A stretch of 64,000 nt of DNA from Planctomycetota bacterium (GCA_965223545.1 OZ245006.1:2144001-2208000), one strand, 5' to 3'; positions 20,317-31,522 are shown, counted from the stretch's first letter. The notes: generated by a model from the sequence alone, not told the origin. Made by a program: numbers and translations.

Positions 20317-22941
20317 CTACTGCACTTCGGCCGGAGCTCGCTGGCGCAAGCGCAGCTCCCCGTCTTCGACCTCGACGAGCAAGGTGGTGCCGTCGCCCAC
20401 CTCGCCGGCGATCAAGGCGCGACCGATGCGCGTCTCGAGCTCGCGCTGCAAGAACCGCTTCAGCGGCCGCGCGCCGTAGACCGGGTCGTAGCCGCGGTTG
20501 GCGATGAACGTCCGCGCCCCGTCGGTGAGCTCCAAGCCGAGGCCGCGATCTTCCAGCCGGCCGCGCAGCTGCGCCACCAGGAGGTCGACGATCTGCTCGA
20601 TCTCACTGCGCTGCAGCGGTCGGAACAGCACCGTTTCGTCGATGCGGTTGAGGAACTCCGGGCGGAACGCGCGCCGCAGCTCGGTCATCACCGCGCCCCG
20701 CGCCTGCTCGTCGATCTCGCCGTCCGCCGAGATTCCCTCGAGGAGGTGCGCCGCGCCCAAGTTGCTGGTCATGATCAGCACCGTGTTCTTGAAGTCCACG
20801 GTGTGGCCCTGGCTGTCGGTCACGCGGCCGTCGTCGAGAATCTGCAGCAGCACGTGGAACACGTCGGGGTGCGCCTTCTCGATCTCGTCGAACAAGACGA
20901 CCGAGTACGGCCGGCGGCGGATCGCTTCGGTCAGCTGCCCGCCTTCGTCGTAGCCGACGTAGCCGGGCGGAGCGCCGATCAGCCGCGACACCGAGTGCTT
21001 CTCCATGTACTCCGACATGTCGATGCGAACGATGTTGTCCTCGCTGTCGAACAGAGCCTCCGCCAGCGCGCGCGCGAGCTCGGTCTTGCCGACACCGGTC
21101 GGTCCGAGGAACAGGAACGAACCGATCGGGCGGCGCGGGTCCTTGATGCCCGCCCGGCTGCGGATCACCGCGTCGGCGACCAGCTGCACGGCCTCGTCCT
21201 GTCCGACGACCCGCTGGTGCAAGATTCCGTCGAGGTGCAGCAGCTTCTCGCGCTCGCCTTCGACCAGCCGCGCCACCGGCACGCCCGTCCAACGGCTGAT
21301 GATCTCGGCGATCTCCTGGTCGGTGACCTCTTCGCGCAGCAGCGCGTCGCCGGTATCGCGCTCGGCGAGCTTGGCCTCCTCGTAGGCGAGCAGCTTCTCG
21401 GCCTCGGGAAGCTTGCCGTGCTTGATCTCCGCGGCGCGGTTCAAGTCGTAGGCGCGCTCCGCCGCCGCCATCTCGCGGCGCAGCTCCTCGATCCGCTCGC
21501 GCAGATCGCGCACCGTCTGGATCGCCGCCTTCTCGGCCTCGTAGCGTGCGCGCTGGGCGTCGGCCTGCGCGCGCAGGTCGGCGAGCTCGCGGCGCAAGTC
21601 CTCGAGCCGCTGCCGGCTGGCCTTGTCCTTCTCCTTTGCCAACGCCGCTTCCTCGATCTCCAGCTGCATCACACGGCGGGTCGAGGCGTCGAGCTCCGCC
21701 GGCATCGAGTCGATCTCGGTGCGGATCATCGCGCACGCCTCGTCGACCAGATCGATCGCCTTGTCCGGCAAGAACCGATCGGTGATGTAGCGGTGGGACA
21801 GGGTGGCGGCCGCCACCAGCGCGTTGTCCTGGATGCGCACTCCGTGGTGCACTTCGTAGCGCTCCTGGAGCCCGCGCAGGATCGAGATCGTGTCCTCGAC
21901 GGTCGGCTGCTCGACCATCACCGGCTGAAAGCGACGCTCGAGCGCGGCGTCCTTCTCGACGTACTTGCGGTACTCGTCGAGGGTGGTCGCGCCGATGCAG
22001 TGCAGCTCGCCCCGGGCCAACATCGGCTTCAGCAGATTGCCGGCGTCCATCGCGCCGTCCGCCTTGCCGGCGCCGACGATGGTGTGCATCTCGTCGATGA
22101 ACAGCACGATCCGTCCCTCGGCGTCGCGGACTTCGTTGAGCACCGCCTTGAGCCGTTCCTCGAACTCGCCGCGGTACTTGGCGCCCGCGACCAGCGCACC
22201 GAGATCCAGCGCGAACACCGTGCGATCGCGCAGCGAGTCCGGCACGTCACCCCGCACGATGCGCTGCGCCAGTCCCTCGGCGATCGCGGTCTTGCCCACT
22301 CCGGGCTCGCCGATCAACACCGGGTTGTTCTTCGTCTTGCGGCTGAGGATGCGAATCACCCGACGGATCTCTTCGTCGCGGCCGATGACCGGATCGAGGG
22401 CGCCGTCGCGCGCCGCCTTGACCAGGTCCCGCCCGTAGCGGCCGAGCGCCTCGTAGGTGGCCTCCGGATTCGCGCTCTGCACGCGCTGGCTCCCGCGCAC
22501 TTCCTTCAGGGCGTGCAGGAACCCGTCCGGTGACACCCCGTGCTTCTGCAGCAGTACTCCGACCGGCGTGCCGCTGCTGACGCCCAAGATCGCCAACACC
22601 AGGTGCTCGACCGACACGTACTCGTCCTTCATCCGCTGTGCCTGCCGCTCGGCGTCGACCAGCACCTTGGAGAGCGCTTGCGAGACGTAGATCTTGCCGG
22701 CCTCGTAGCCCGGACCGGACATGCTGGGCCGCTTGCGCAGCTCGGCCTCGAGCTCCCGGACCATCGCGTCCGGGGCAACGTCCATCTTGGCCAACAAGCG
22801 CGGCACCAGACCATCGCCTTGCTCGAGCAGGGCTGCGAGCAGATGCGGCAGATCCACCTCTTGGTGGCCGAAGGTGACGGCCTTGTTCTGCGCGGCGGCC
22901 ATCGCTTCCTGCGACTTCTGGGTGAGCTTGTTCATGTCCAT
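20317..22941 (-). CDS. clpB: ATP-dependent disaggregase ClpB
   Basis: Clp N domain, two AAA+ modules ([16 protein letters not shown]), coiled-coil M domain, GARPLKR. Confidence 0.97.
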   Translation of the reverse strand: MDMNKLTQKSQEAMAAAQNKAVTFGHQEVDLPHLLAALLEQGDGLVPRLLAKMDVAPDAMVRELEAELRKRPSMSGPGYEAGKIYVSQALSKVLVDAERQAQRMKDEYVSVEHLVLAILGVSSGTPVGVLLQKHGVSPDGFLHALKEVRGSQRVQSANPEATYEALGRYGRDLVKAARDGALDPVIGRDEEIRRVIRILSRKTKNNPVLIGEPGVGKTAIAEGLAQRIVRGDVPDSLRDRTVFALDLGALVAGAKYRGEFEERLKAVLNEVRDAEGRIVLFIDEMHTIVGAGKADGAMDAGNLLKPMLARGELHCIGATTLDEYRKYVEKDAALERRFQPVMVEQPTVEDTISILRGLQERYEVHHGVRIQDNALVAAATLSHRYITDRFLPDKAIDLVDEACAMIRTEIDSMPAELDASTRRVMQLEIEEAALAKEKDKASRQRLEDLRRELADLRAQADAQRARYEAEKAAIQTVRDLRERIEELRREMAAAERAYDLNRAAEIKHGKLPEAEKLLAYEEAKLAERDTGDALLREEVTDQEIAEIISRWTGVPVARLVEGEREKLLHLDGILHQRVVGQDEAVQLVADAVIRSRAGIKDPRRPIGSFLFLGPTGVGKTELARALAEALFDSEDNIVRIDMSEYMEKHSVSRLIGAPPGYVGYDEGGQLTEAIRRRPYSVVLFDEIEKAHPDVFHVLLQILDDGRVTDSQGHTVDFKNTVLIMTSNLGAAHLLEGISADGEIDEQARGAVMTELRRAFRPEFLNRIDETVLFRPLQRSEIEQIVDLLVAQLRGRLEDRGLGLELTDGARTFIANRGYDPVYGARPLKRFLQRELETRIGRALIAGEVGDGTTLLVEVEDGELRLRQRAPAEVQ

Positions 22942-23089
22942 GTGTGGGCCCTCAATCCTGAGACGGTTGCGTGTCGCTGCACCACCCAACACATCCCGTG
23001 CCGCGCGAATGAAGACCTCAAGCCACTGCTAATACGTGACTTATGGCGTCGGTGGAACCTCGAAACGGGGCCCGGATTACGCCAAAATG

Positions 23090-24535
23090 TCAGACTTTGA
23101 TCTCTGCTGACAATTCGGCAGTGTCCGCGCTTGCCCGCAGCCGGGGCTCGACCTGTTCGACCAAGAACGCCTCGACCTGCGCCGCGGCGCAGCCGACAAA
23201 GCGCTCGGCAGCCACCAGCTCCGGCAACCGGTCTCGCAGCGGAGCAAACGCCTCGTCGGCTGCGATCCGCTCCAACAGCGTGTTGGCAGCGCCCTCTTCC
23301 TGAATCGCCGCGACCGCCGCCATGCTGTGCACGCGGATCCGTTCGTGCAGGTGCTGGCGGTCCCCGCCCGCGCGCACGCCCGCCATCAGAATCTCTTCCG
23401 CCGCCAGGAACGGCAGGGACTCGGCCAGCTTGCGCTCGATGACCTTGGGGTAGACCTGCAGGCCACGGGCGACGTTCTCCACCAGCAGCAAGATCGCATC
23501 GACGGCGAGGAAGCTCTCCGGGATCGCGATGCGGCGGACGGCGGAATCGTCGAGGGTCCGCTCGAGCCACTGGCTCGCCGCGGTCTGGGCGCTGGTGTCC
23601 GCCGCCGCCAAGACGTATCGAGCCAGCGAGCCGATCCGCTCGCTGCGCATCGGATTGCGCTTGTACGGCATTGCCGAAGAGCCGATCTGCCGGGTTTCCC
23701 GCGGCTCGCCGAGCTCTCCCTCATGCGACAGCAAGCGGACGTCGTTGGCGAACTTCGCCGCCGATTGGGCGACTCCGGACAGCGCGGCGTGGACGGTCCA
23801 ATCGAGCTTGCGCGTGTAGGTCTGCCCGCAGACCGGCAACCGGCGCTCGAAGTCGAACGCCCGCGCCACCTGTCGGTCGAGTTCTTCGACGCGGTCTCGG
23901 TCACCATCGAACAGGGCCAAGAAGGACGCCTGGGTGCCGGTGGTGCCCTTGACGCCACGGAACGGCAGCCACGCCGCCACTCGCTCGACCTCGTCCAAGT
24001 CGAGGAGAAGGTCGTGCAGCCAAAGGCTGGCCCGCTTGCCGACGGTGACCGGCTGTGCCACCTGAAAATGGGTGTAGCCGAGGCACGGGAGCGCGCGGTG
24101 AGTGTTGGCGAACTCCGCCAACGGCGCGATCGCGCGCCGCAGACGCGCCGCGACCAGCCGCAGCGCGGAGCGGTAGATCACCAAATCGGCGTTGTCGGTG
24201 ACGTAGCAGCTGGTCGCGCCGAGGTGGAGGATGGCCTTCGCCTCGGGCACCAGCTCACCGTAGTGGTGCACGTGCGCCATCACGTCGTGGCGCAGCTCGC
24301 GCTCCAACTCGGCGACGCGCTCCCAGTCGAACTCATCGCGCCGCGCGCGCAAGCCCGCGACCTGCGCCTTGCTGATCGGCAACCCCAGCTCACCCTGCGC
24401 TTCGGCCAAGGCGATCCAGAGGTCGCGCCACGTGCCGTGGCGCGTGCGCGCCGAGAACAGCCGCGACATCTCGGCGCTGGCGTAGCGCTCGGTCAGCGGG
24501 TTCTGGAACCGATCGGCGGCGTCGGAGCTGTGCAT
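23090..24535 (-). CDS. purB: Adenylosuccinate lyase
   Basis: RHDVMAH, HLGATS, GSSAMPYKRNP signature. Confidence 0.95.
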   Translation of the reverse strand: MHSSDAADRFQNPLTERYASAEMSRLFSARTRHGTWRDLWIALAEAQGELGLPISKAQVAGLRARRDEFDWERVAELERELRHDVMAHVHHYGELVPEAKAILHLGATSCYVTDNADLVIYRSALRLVAARLRRAIAPLAEFANTHRALPCLGYTHFQVAQPVTVGKRASLWLHDLLLDLDEVERVAAWLPFRGVKGTTGTQASFLALFDGDRDRVEELDRQVARAFDFERRLPVCGQTYTRKLDWTVHAALSGVAQSAAKFANDVRLLSHEGELGEPRETRQIGSSAMPYKRNPMRSERIGSLARYVLAAADTSAQTAASQWLERTLDDSAVRRIAIPESFLAVDAILLLVENVARGLQVYPKVIERKLAESLPFLAAEEILMAGVRAGGDRQHLHERIRVHSMAAVAAIQEEGAANTLLERIAADEAFAPLRDRLPELVAAERFVGCAAAQVEAFLVEQVEPRLRASADTAELSAEIKV

Positions 24536-24618
24536 CTGGGCTGCGCTCGAGGTCGAGCGCATCCCAACGGTAGCGCATGCGCTGGCCTATGGCCATCGCG
24601 GCGCGGTGCCCGACTCAC

Positions 24619-25047
24619 TCAGCAGTCGGCCAGCACGCGGCGCGCGACGCGCTTGTAGTAGCCCGGGTGCCACACGCGCTTGCAGTAGCCAGCGGCGACC
24701 AGCACCGTGTACGGCCGCCCACAGGAGTCGTAGCGGGTCTCGTAGCGCGGCGGCACCGACACGTCCTCCCAGTAGCCCGGCACCCACACGCGTTCGTACA
24801 CCGTGCGGTAGGCGTGCACGACGGGTCGGAAGTGGCGGTGCGGTGTGGCGTGGCGGTGGGAGCGGTACCCGCGCCGCAGGCCCGACTGCCGCGGGACGCG
24901 ATAGTGCGTGGCTGCCAGCCCGTGGACACGGTGCGCGGCGTGCGCGCGGCTGACGCCGCGCTCGTGAGCTCCCCGCCGCGCTTGCGCAGTCGAAACCGCA
25001 GACAACGCGAGCAGAGAGACGATCAGCATCAGGGTGGTTCTCAACAT
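24619..25047 (-). CDS. Small secreted His/Arg-rich protein with WxxGxW-type repeats
   Basis: Signal peptide; RVWVPGYW and RVWHPGYY repeats. Confidence 0.7.
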   Translation of the reverse strand: MLRTTLMLIVSLLALSAVSTAQARRGAHERGVSRAHAAHRVHGLAATHYRVPRQSGLRRGYRSHRHATPHRHFRPVVHAYRTVYERVWVPGYWEDVSVPPRYETRYDSCGRPYTVLVAAGYCKRVWHPGYYKRVARRVLADC

Positions 25048-25061
25048 GACCCCCGACATGG

Positions 25062-25077
25062 AGCGAACGGCGTGCCA
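25062..25077 (-). promoter_or_regulatory. Putative sigma-54 (-24/-12) promoter TGGCACGCCGTTCGCT
   Basis: TGGCACG start and GG-N10-GC spacing, just upstream of ATG 25047. Confidence 0.55.
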
Positions 25078-25194
25078 AGCGCCGAAACGGCCGTGAGAGG
25101 GCGTACACGGGCTGTTCGGCGGCACCGACCCGCCGGGTTGTACGCTCCGCGAGACACCGGTGACCCCACCGAGCGTCGCGCCACCAGACCGCGA

Positions 25195-25650
25195 TCAGAC
25201 GCCGGCGATGCGACCGGTCAGGCGCAGGCCACCGGTGTTCGAGACCGCCACCTGCAGGTCCTCGATCGCGGCGGCGATCAGAAACAGGCCGCGACCGCGG
25301 GGGCTGTCCACCGGCGGCGGAGTCCCGTTGCGCGACGCCGACAGCCGGCCCTCGATCTCCCGCACGATGTCGCCCGGCACTTCCGGGTCTTCGAACAGGA
25401 GTCGAACCTCGTCGCGCTCCAGTGCGATCGCCAGCCGCAAGCGCGCATCGCCCGCCCGGTAGTCCCCACCGTGGTCGATGGCGTTGTTGACCAACTCGTC
25501 GATCACCAGCACGACCGAGTCGACCAAGTCCTCGTCGGCTCCCAACCACTCGAGCCGCGAGCGCACCGCGCCGCGCACCAGACCCAGGGTCTGCCGTCGC
25601 GCCGGGAACTCCAGCTCGAACCGCGCGCCCGCCGGCATGGGCAGGCTCAC
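25195..25650 (-). CDS. RsbW-like anti-sigma factor / HATPase_c_2 protein
   Basis: LVIDELVNNAIDHG, RGRGLFLI; GTGA overlap with nadC stop. Confidence 0.85.
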   Translation of the reverse strand: MSLPMPAGARFELEFPARRQTLGLVRGAVRSRLEWLGADEDLVDSVVLVIDELVNNAIDHGGDYRAGDARLRLAIALERDEVRLLFEDPEVPGDIVREIEGRLSASRNGTPPPVDSPRGRGLFLIAAAIEDLQVAVSNTGGLRLTGRIAGV

Positions 25651-26519
25651 CGTTCGACCTCGATCAGCATCGACAGATCCAGCGCGCGCACCGAGTGCGT
25701 CAACGCCCCGACCGACACCCGATCGATGCCGCACGCGGCGAACTGGCGAATGTTGTCCAGCCGGATGCCACCCGAGGCCTCGATCTCGACCGAGCGCCCG
25801 GCTGCACTGGCTGCTTCGCGCACCGCCGACACCGCCCGCCGCAGCTCGTCACCCGGGGCGAAGTTGTCGAGCATGACGACCGCGGCACCGCCGTCGACGG
25901 CGTGCAGCGCTTCCTCCAAGGTCCGCGCCTCGGCAACCACCGGCGCGGAGCTGCCGCGCACCGCGGCGCGCACCACGTCGACGTACGACGTCGGCGCCGC
26001 CAAGGCGAAGTGGTTCTCCTTCAGCAGCGCCTGATCGAACAAACCGAACCGGTGATTGCTGCCACCACCGACCGCGACCGCGTACTTCTCGAGGGCGCGC
26101 AGTCCGGGCGTGGTCTTGCGCGTATCGTAGATGCGGACGCCGGCTTCGCCGACCGCGTCGACGTAGGTGCGCGCCATCGTGGCGATGCCCGACAACCGCT
26201 GCAGGAAGTTCAGCGCGGTGCGCTCGCCGGCGAGCAGAGCCACCGCGGGGCCGACCAGGCTCACCACGATCTGCCCGGGCGTCACCCGCGCTCCTTCTTG
26301 ACAATGCCGCTCCAATTCGATGGCGTCGTCGACCGCGGCAAAGCAGTGCTCGACGACGTCCAGGCCAGCGAGGACGCCGGGCTCGCGCGCTTCGATCCAC
26401 CCCTTCGCACGCACCTCGGGCGGCACGCACAACCGCGTCGTCAAGTCGCCCTCGGCGCCAAGATCCTCGTCGAGGGCGCGCTGGACGACTTGGCGTAGGA
26501 GGTCGACATCGATCGGCAT
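25647..26519 (-). CDS. nadC: Nicotinate-nucleotide pyrophosphorylase (quinolinate phosphoribosyltransferase)
   Basis: ALDEDLG..GDLTT, ERTALNFLQRLSGIAT, DTRKTTPGLR, EASGGI, SVGALTHS. Confidence 0.96.
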   Translation of the reverse strand: MPIDVDLLRQVVQRALDEDLGAEGDLTTRLCVPPEVRAKGWIEAREPGVLAGLDVVEHCFAAVDDAIELERHCQEGARVTPGQIVVSLVGPAVALLAGERTALNFLQRLSGIATMARTYVDAVGEAGVRIYDTRKTTPGLRALEKYAVAVGGGSNHRFGLFDQALLKENHFALAAPTSYVDVVRAAVRGSSAPVVAEARTLEEALHAVDGGAAVVMLDNFAPGDELRRAVSAVREAASAAGRSVEIEASGGIRLDNIRQFAACGIDRVSVGALTHSVRALDLSMLIEVER

Positions 26520-26574
26520 CGCCGCGCACGGTACCGTGCGGCGCGACCGCGGCAAAGGGCGATCCCGGACGCCG

Positions 26575-27513
26575 TCACCGCTCCCCGCGCGGCGTCGGCA
26601 ACGGCGGCCTCGGTGGCGCCGGCAGGTAGTGGATCCCGTGCTCCGACCGAGTGGAGTCGAACGCGAACGCGTCGCGGTTGCGCAGGAAATCCACCAAGTA
26701 CTTGGCGGGGATCGCGAAATTGAGACCTTCGATACCGACGCCCACCATCTTTGCGTTGACCACGCCGACGACCTGCGAGCGCAGATTGAACAGCGGCCCG
26801 CCCGAGTTTCCGGGATTGACCGCAGCAGTGATCTGGAAGTGCGGAAACCCGCCGAACGACCGGTTGGTGACCGACACGATGCCGGCACTCACGGTGCGCT
26901 CCAAGCCGATCGGAGCGCCGATGGCGTAGACGCGATCACCGGTCTCGACGGTCTCGCTGTCGCCGATGTGCGCGATCGCCAACTCGACGTCGTCCGGCGG
27001 CTCCATCTTGACCATGGCCAAGTCGAGATGCGGATTGATGGCGACGACCTCGGCACCTCGCACGGTGCGCACGTCGAACCCATCACGGCTGCGGAGATAG
27101 ATGATCACGTCGGCGGCGACTTCGCCGGCGACCACGTGGAAGTTGGTGACCACGTAGCCGTCCTCGCTGATGACGAACCCCGACCCCTGGCCCGAACCGG
27201 TTTCGATCTTGACCACCGCCTGCTCGACCCGGCGCACTCCTTCGGGGATCGACTCCTCGGGATGACTGCCGCGCGAGAAGATCTCCTCGCGCACGACGGC
27301 CTCGGGCTGCTCGCCCGCCGCCTCGCGCTGCAACACCGCCTGCCGCGGGATCTTCAAGATGTCGAAGCCGACATCCAAGAACAGCGACTCGGCGGTCTCC
27401 TTGACCAGGCGGCCGACGACTTGCCGCCCCTGGCTCAAATGCAGGCGAACATCGACATCGACTGCCGCCGCTGGCGCCTGCAGCAAACAAAGAGTGGTCA
27501 GCATCGACAGCAT
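26575..27513 (-). CDS. S1C/HtrA-like trypsin serine protease without PDZ domain
   Basis: GSGFVI, VTNFHVV, DLAMVK, VNPGNSGGPL. Confidence 0.9.
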   Translation of the reverse strand: MLSMLTTLCLLQAPAAAVDVDVRLHLSQGRQVVGRLVKETAESLFLDVGFDILKIPRQAVLQREAAGEQPEAVVREEIFSRGSHPEESIPEGVRRVEQAVVKIETGSGQGSGFVISEDGYVVTNFHVVAGEVAADVIIYLRSRDGFDVRTVRGAEVVAINPHLDLAMVKMEPPDDVELAIAHIGDSETVETGDRVYAIGAPIGLERTVSAGIVSVTNRSFGGFPHFQITAAVNPGNSGGPLFNLRSQVVGVVNAKMVGVGIEGLNFAIPAKYLVDFLRNRDAFAFDSTRSEHGIHYLPAPPRPPLPTPRGER

Positions 27514-27540
27514 CGACCGCAGCTTATAGTGATCTGCGGA

Positions 27541-29754
27541 ATGAATCTCCGGGGCCAGCAATCTTCGATCGTCGACGCCTCCCGCCGCTTGGCCGTGGCA
27601 GCCACCGCGACTGCCGCGCTGGTGGCAACGATGGCGGCCGCCGCCGCCCAGCGCCGCGCGGAGCCGGTCCCCGCCGCGCTGCGCGCGCGTTTCGGCTTCT
27701 CGGGTCCCCTGATGCACAAGGCTGGCTGGGGTGTTCGGCTGCTGCGCATCGCCCGGCTGGACGGCGCCGACAAGCCGGCCGCCATCGTGGTCGCCAACCC
27801 GCGGCGGTCGCGGCTCGAGGTGCTGCGGTGTCGGGACGGGTCGCTCGAAGTGGAGCACCTGCAGACCGACGGCGCGCTCGCGGGCCTGGCGACCGGCGAC
27901 GTCGATGGCGATGGGGTAATCGACCTGCTCACGCTGACAGCACGGGGACGACTGGTGGTCTGGGGCGGCGCCGACCCCTCGCGCACCACCGCGGCGATCG
28001 ATGTCGGCGATCCAGCCGACGGCGACGCGCTGCGGGCTGCCGACCTCGATAGCGACGGCCGCTGCGACGCATTGGTGCGCACCGCGACCGGCTTTCGGCG
28101 CGTCACCCACATCGCCGCCGCCCCGCGGGTCGCCCCGGCCGACCCCATGCTCGGACGAAAGCTGCGCGATGTGCACCTGCTGGACGCCGACGGCGACACC
28201 CGGCCAGACGTGGTGGTCGCCGTCAATGACGATACGCACGGCCTGTGGATCCAACGCACGATCGAGGACGGGACCGGAGGCCCATGGCTGGCGATGCCGG
28301 TGGCGGCGATGACCAACGCGTTCCCCGGCACCCACCGCGACGGTCCGACGCTGGCGACCATCGAGGGCCGCCATGGCCGCGTGGTCGAGTCACGCCTGCG
28401 GCGCGTCGACGGCACCGTGCGGCCCGGACTCGAGCTCCTGCCGCTGCCGACCGACACCAGCCGCGGCGCGCGGGCGTTCGCGCACGGCGACCTCGACGGC
28501 GACGGTGACGCCGATCTGGTGATTGCCGATGCCGAGCGCGCGCAACTGCGCACCTACCTGTTTGGCGAAGACGGCGTTTCGGTGCACACCACCCCCTCCC
28601 TCGCCGGCATCGACAGCCTCTCGATCACCGACTTGGACGGCGACGGCGCCGCCGACCTGCTGCTCACCAGCGCCGAGGAAGGCGCCTTGGCTTGGAAGTC
28701 GGGCACCGCGCCAGCGGACGCGTTTCCCGCTCGGCTGCCCGTCGAAGACAAGCCCCTCGTGGCGGTCGCGACCGGCGGCGACGTGCTCTACTTGGCGCAG
28801 AAGGATCGCAAGGTCGCCCTGTGGCGGATGCGCCAACCGACCGCGCAACCCGGCAACCAGCGCGTACTCGACCTCGGCCGCATGCCCGACGCACCACTGC
28901 GGCTGATGGCCGCCGACCTCGACGGCGACGGCCACACCGACCTGGCCTTCGTGCAACCCAAGAAGGGGCTTCGCGTGCTCCGGGGAAAGGCCAACGGCGA
29001 CTTCCACATGCCGAAGGGCGGTGACCGCGGACCCGCGATGCTCGAGGTGGCGGACGGTGCGGTCGAGCTGATCGAGCACGCCGGTCGGCCAGCACTGCTC
29101 GTGGTGCAGCCGCGGTTCACGCGCGTGCTGCGACTCGATGCCAATGGCGATGCCGAGGTGCTGGCACAGGACAACGGCCCCGAGGGTGCCGAGCGGCTCG
29201 ATCTGGCGACGGAGCTGCCGGCGGGCGGGCGGGCCTACGCCGATCTCGCCGCTGGCAAGATCTGGCTCGCCCGACCGGAGAACGCGCCGGTATCGGTCGA
29301 CATCCCGCAGCTCGGCATCACGCATCTGCTCGCACAGGACGACGCCGTGCTACTGCTGGCGATCGCCGGCATCCTGCGGGTGCCGCTCGCCGGCACCGCC
29401 TGGGAGCTGCAACGCCTGCGCGACCACGAGCCTCCGACCGACGACACGAGCTACTACGGCGGCACCACCGGTGACTGGGACAACGATGGTGTTCGCGAGC
29501 TGGCCGTCGCTTGCGACGACCTGCACGGCTTCCACGTGCTCACCACCGACGGGCGCCGGCTCGCGCGGGCGCTGTCGTTCCCGATCTTCGAGCTGACCGA
29601 GGGCAGCGACGGCAACAACGAGCCACACGAGTTCGCCGCCGGTGACGTCGACGGCGACGGCGCCGACGACCTCGTCGTCCTCTGCCACGACCGTGCACTG
29701 GTCTACCTGCAAGCCAGGGCGACTCCTGAGGAACCCCGCCAAACTGGGCGCTGA
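27541..29754 (+). CDS. Secreted FG-GAP/VCBS repeat protein
   Basis: Ala-rich signal peptide; repeated GDxDGDG motifs. Confidence 0.82.
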   Translation: MNLRGQQSSIVDASRRLAVAATATAALVATMAAAAAQRRAEPVPAALRARFGFSGPLMHKAGWGVRLLRIARLDGADKPAAIVVANPRRSRLEVLRCRDGSLEVEHLQTDGALAGLATGDVDGDGVIDLLTLTARGRLVVWGGADPSRTTAAIDVGDPADGDALRAADLDSDGRCDALVRTATGFRRVTHIAAAPRVAPADPMLGRKLRDVHLLDADGDTRPDVVVAVNDDTHGLWIQRTIEDGTGGPWLAMPVAAMTNAFPGTHRDGPTLATIEGRHGRVVESRLRRVDGTVRPGLELLPLPTDTSRGARAFAHGDLDGDGDADLVIADAERAQLRTYLFGEDGVSVHTTPSLAGIDSLSITDLDGDGAADLLLTSAEEGALAWKSGTAPADAFPARLPVEDKPLVAVATGGDVLYLAQKDRKVALWRMRQPTAQPGNQRVLDLGRMPDAPLRLMAADLDGDGHTDLAFVQPKKGLRVLRGKANGDFHMPKGGDRGPAMLEVADGAVELIEHAGRPALLVVQPRFTRVLRLDANGDAEVLAQDNGPEGAERLDLATELPAGGRAYADLAAGKIWLARPENAPVSVDIPQLGITHLLAQDDAVLLLAIAGILRVPLAGTAWELQRLRDHEPPTDDTSYYGGTTGDWDNDGVRELAVACDDLHGFHVLTTDGRRLARALSFPIFELTEGSDGNNEPHEFAAGDVDGDGADDLVVLCHDRALVYLQARATPEEPRQTGR

Positions 29755-29770
29755 TGCCACCGCCGAACCG

Positions 29771-31522
29771 ATGAACAAGCACGCCACACGAACCCACCGC
29801 TCCGCCCGTCTGCAGCCCTTCTCTGCGGCGATGGCGCTGACCGCCATTGCCGGCGCAGCGCCGCTTTCGGCGCAGGGACCGTTCGAGCTGCTCCCCGCCG
29901 ACACGCTGGCGGTCGCGTGGGTCGACGCACCGAGCGAGTTCGCCGACGACCTGTCGCGGACACGGCTGGCCAGAGTGCTGCGCGATCCGACCCTGTGGCG
30001 GGCCGCCGGCGTCGACGAAGACTGGATGGCGCCGATGCGTGCCGCGCTGGAAGACGCGCACATCGATGCCGACGAGCTGCTCGAACAGCTCGCCGAGTAC
30101 TCCGGGCGCGTCGTGATCGGCGCCGGCATCGACATCGGCGCGGTGCGCGCGGCGATTGCCGAAGGCACCACGGCCAACAGCATCGACTTCGCACCGTGGT
30201 GCGCGCTGATCCTCGGTGCCACCGACGGCATCGACCTCGGCGAAGTCGCCCTGACCCTCCGCGACGTCGGCCAAGCGACGGATCCGGATCGCATCACCGA
30301 GATCGATGCGGCCGGGCACACGATCGAGGTGCTCCAGCCGGGCGACGTCGAGATCACGCTGCCGTTCCTCGTCGACGACCACTTGATGGTGCTGGTCGGC
30401 GAGAACGTCGAACGCACCGCTCAGCGCCTGCTGTCGGAACCGCGCGGCGGCTTTCTCGAGCGCTGCACCCCGCCCGACGAATCCGCTGCCGTGTGGATCG
30501 ACGCCGCGGCAGTATCGCAACTCGCGCAGTCTCTGCTCCAGGCTCAGGACGACACCGCGGCGACGGTTGCCGACCTCTTGGGCATCGACGCGCTGCGCGC
30601 CGCGTGGCTCGCGCTGAGCACGCGCGAAGACCGCGTCGTGCTGCGCACCAACCTGACGCTGGACCACACCGACGGCCTGATCTCCGCGCTCACCGACATC
30701 AGCAAAGGGCCGCCATCGCTGCTGCGCGCGATCCCGACCGAGCGCGACTACTGGTCGATCGGCAAGTACAACCTACACGCCCTGTACGACGCGGCCGTCG
30801 CCACCGCGGACGCGCTGGCGGACGTCACCGGCGAAACCGCCGCCGAACTCGAGGACCAGTTCGCCGCGATGTTTCGCGTGCGGCTGCGCGAGGACCTCCT
30901 GGACCACGTCGGCGAGGAGCTCCTCTCGGTCGGCGCCGGCACCAACGCCGGGCTCGACCCCGATGCGGCCGACGACGGCGGCGAGGGCACCTGCTGGGGC
31001 CTGCAGCTGCGCGACGGCAGGACCTTCGGCGAGCACTTGGAACGCGCACTCCGCAGCCGAGGCCTGCACGCGACGCGGAGGAAGGAGGTCTATCGCGACG
31101 AGGAGGTCTTCGACCTGTCGCTGTTCGGCGCGTTTCGCTTGTTCTACTGCGTCACCGACGACCTCTTGCTGCTCGGCTTCGGCGAACCGGGTGCCGGCGA
31201 GCTCCGCGCGATCCTCGATGCGGCCAAGAGACAGCCGTCGGCAGGTGACTCCATCGCCCCCCCAGCGCACGTGGCCGCACTCCTGGAGCAGGTGACCCCG
31301 GGCTGGCAGGGGATCACGGTGACCCGGCTTCCACCGATCCTCGAGGGAACCCAATCGCTCCTGTTCGACGAAGCAGAAGGCGAGGAATGGGGGCAGGTCG
31401 CCGCAGTGGTCGGTTCCTGCTTGCAGCGCATTGCCGAGCTCACCCAGCAGTACGGCGCCCACACCATGGTGGGCACGACCTACGCCGATCAACGCGGCGT
31501 GCGCAGCGAAGTCATCTGGTAG
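29771..31522 (+). CDS. Secreted hypothetical protein
   Basis: Signal peptide (..APLSAQ), LLPADTLAVAW start of mature chain, acidic; follows the FG-GAP gene. Confidence 0.7.
   Translation: MNKHATRTHRSARLQPFSAAMALTAIAGAAPLSAQGPFELLPADTLAVAWVDAPSEFADDLSRTRLARVLRDPTLWRAAGVDEDWMAPMRAALEDAHIDADELLEQLAEYSGRVVIGAGIDIGAVRAAIAEGTTANSIDFAPWCALILGATDGIDLGEVALTLRDVGQATDPDRITEIDAAGHTIEVLQPGDVEITLPFLVDDHLMVLVGENVERTAQRLLSEPRGGFLERCTPPDESAAVWIDAAAVSQLAQSLLQAQDDTAATVADLLGIDALRAAWLALSTREDRVVLRTNLTLDHTDGLISALTDISKGPPSLLRAIPTERDYWSIGKYNLHALYDAAVATADALADVTGETAAELEDQFAAMFRVRLREDLLDHVGEELLSVGAGTNAGLDPDAADDGGEGTCWGLQLRDGRTFGEHLERALRSRGLHATRRKEVYRDEEVFDLSLFGAFRLFYCVTDDLLLLGFGEPGAGELRAILDAAKRQPSAGDSIAPPAHVAALLEQVTPGWQGITVTRLPPILEGTQSLLFDEAEGEEWGQVAAVVGSCLQRIAELTQQYGAHTMVGTTYADQRGVRSEVIW

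Noticed and set aside
20173..22533. 786-aa plus-strand ORF, and similar long ORFs such as 16879..19566, 41331..43280, 57344..59371, 61743..63473
   Set aside because: They lie antisense to well-supported genes and have no recognisable motifs; typical GC-rich shadow ORFs.
22990..23045. CIRCE, HAIR or sigma-54 site upstream of clpB
   Set aside because: Only partial half-sites (TTAGCAGTG, CTTGAG); the GGCACG lacks the -12 GC.
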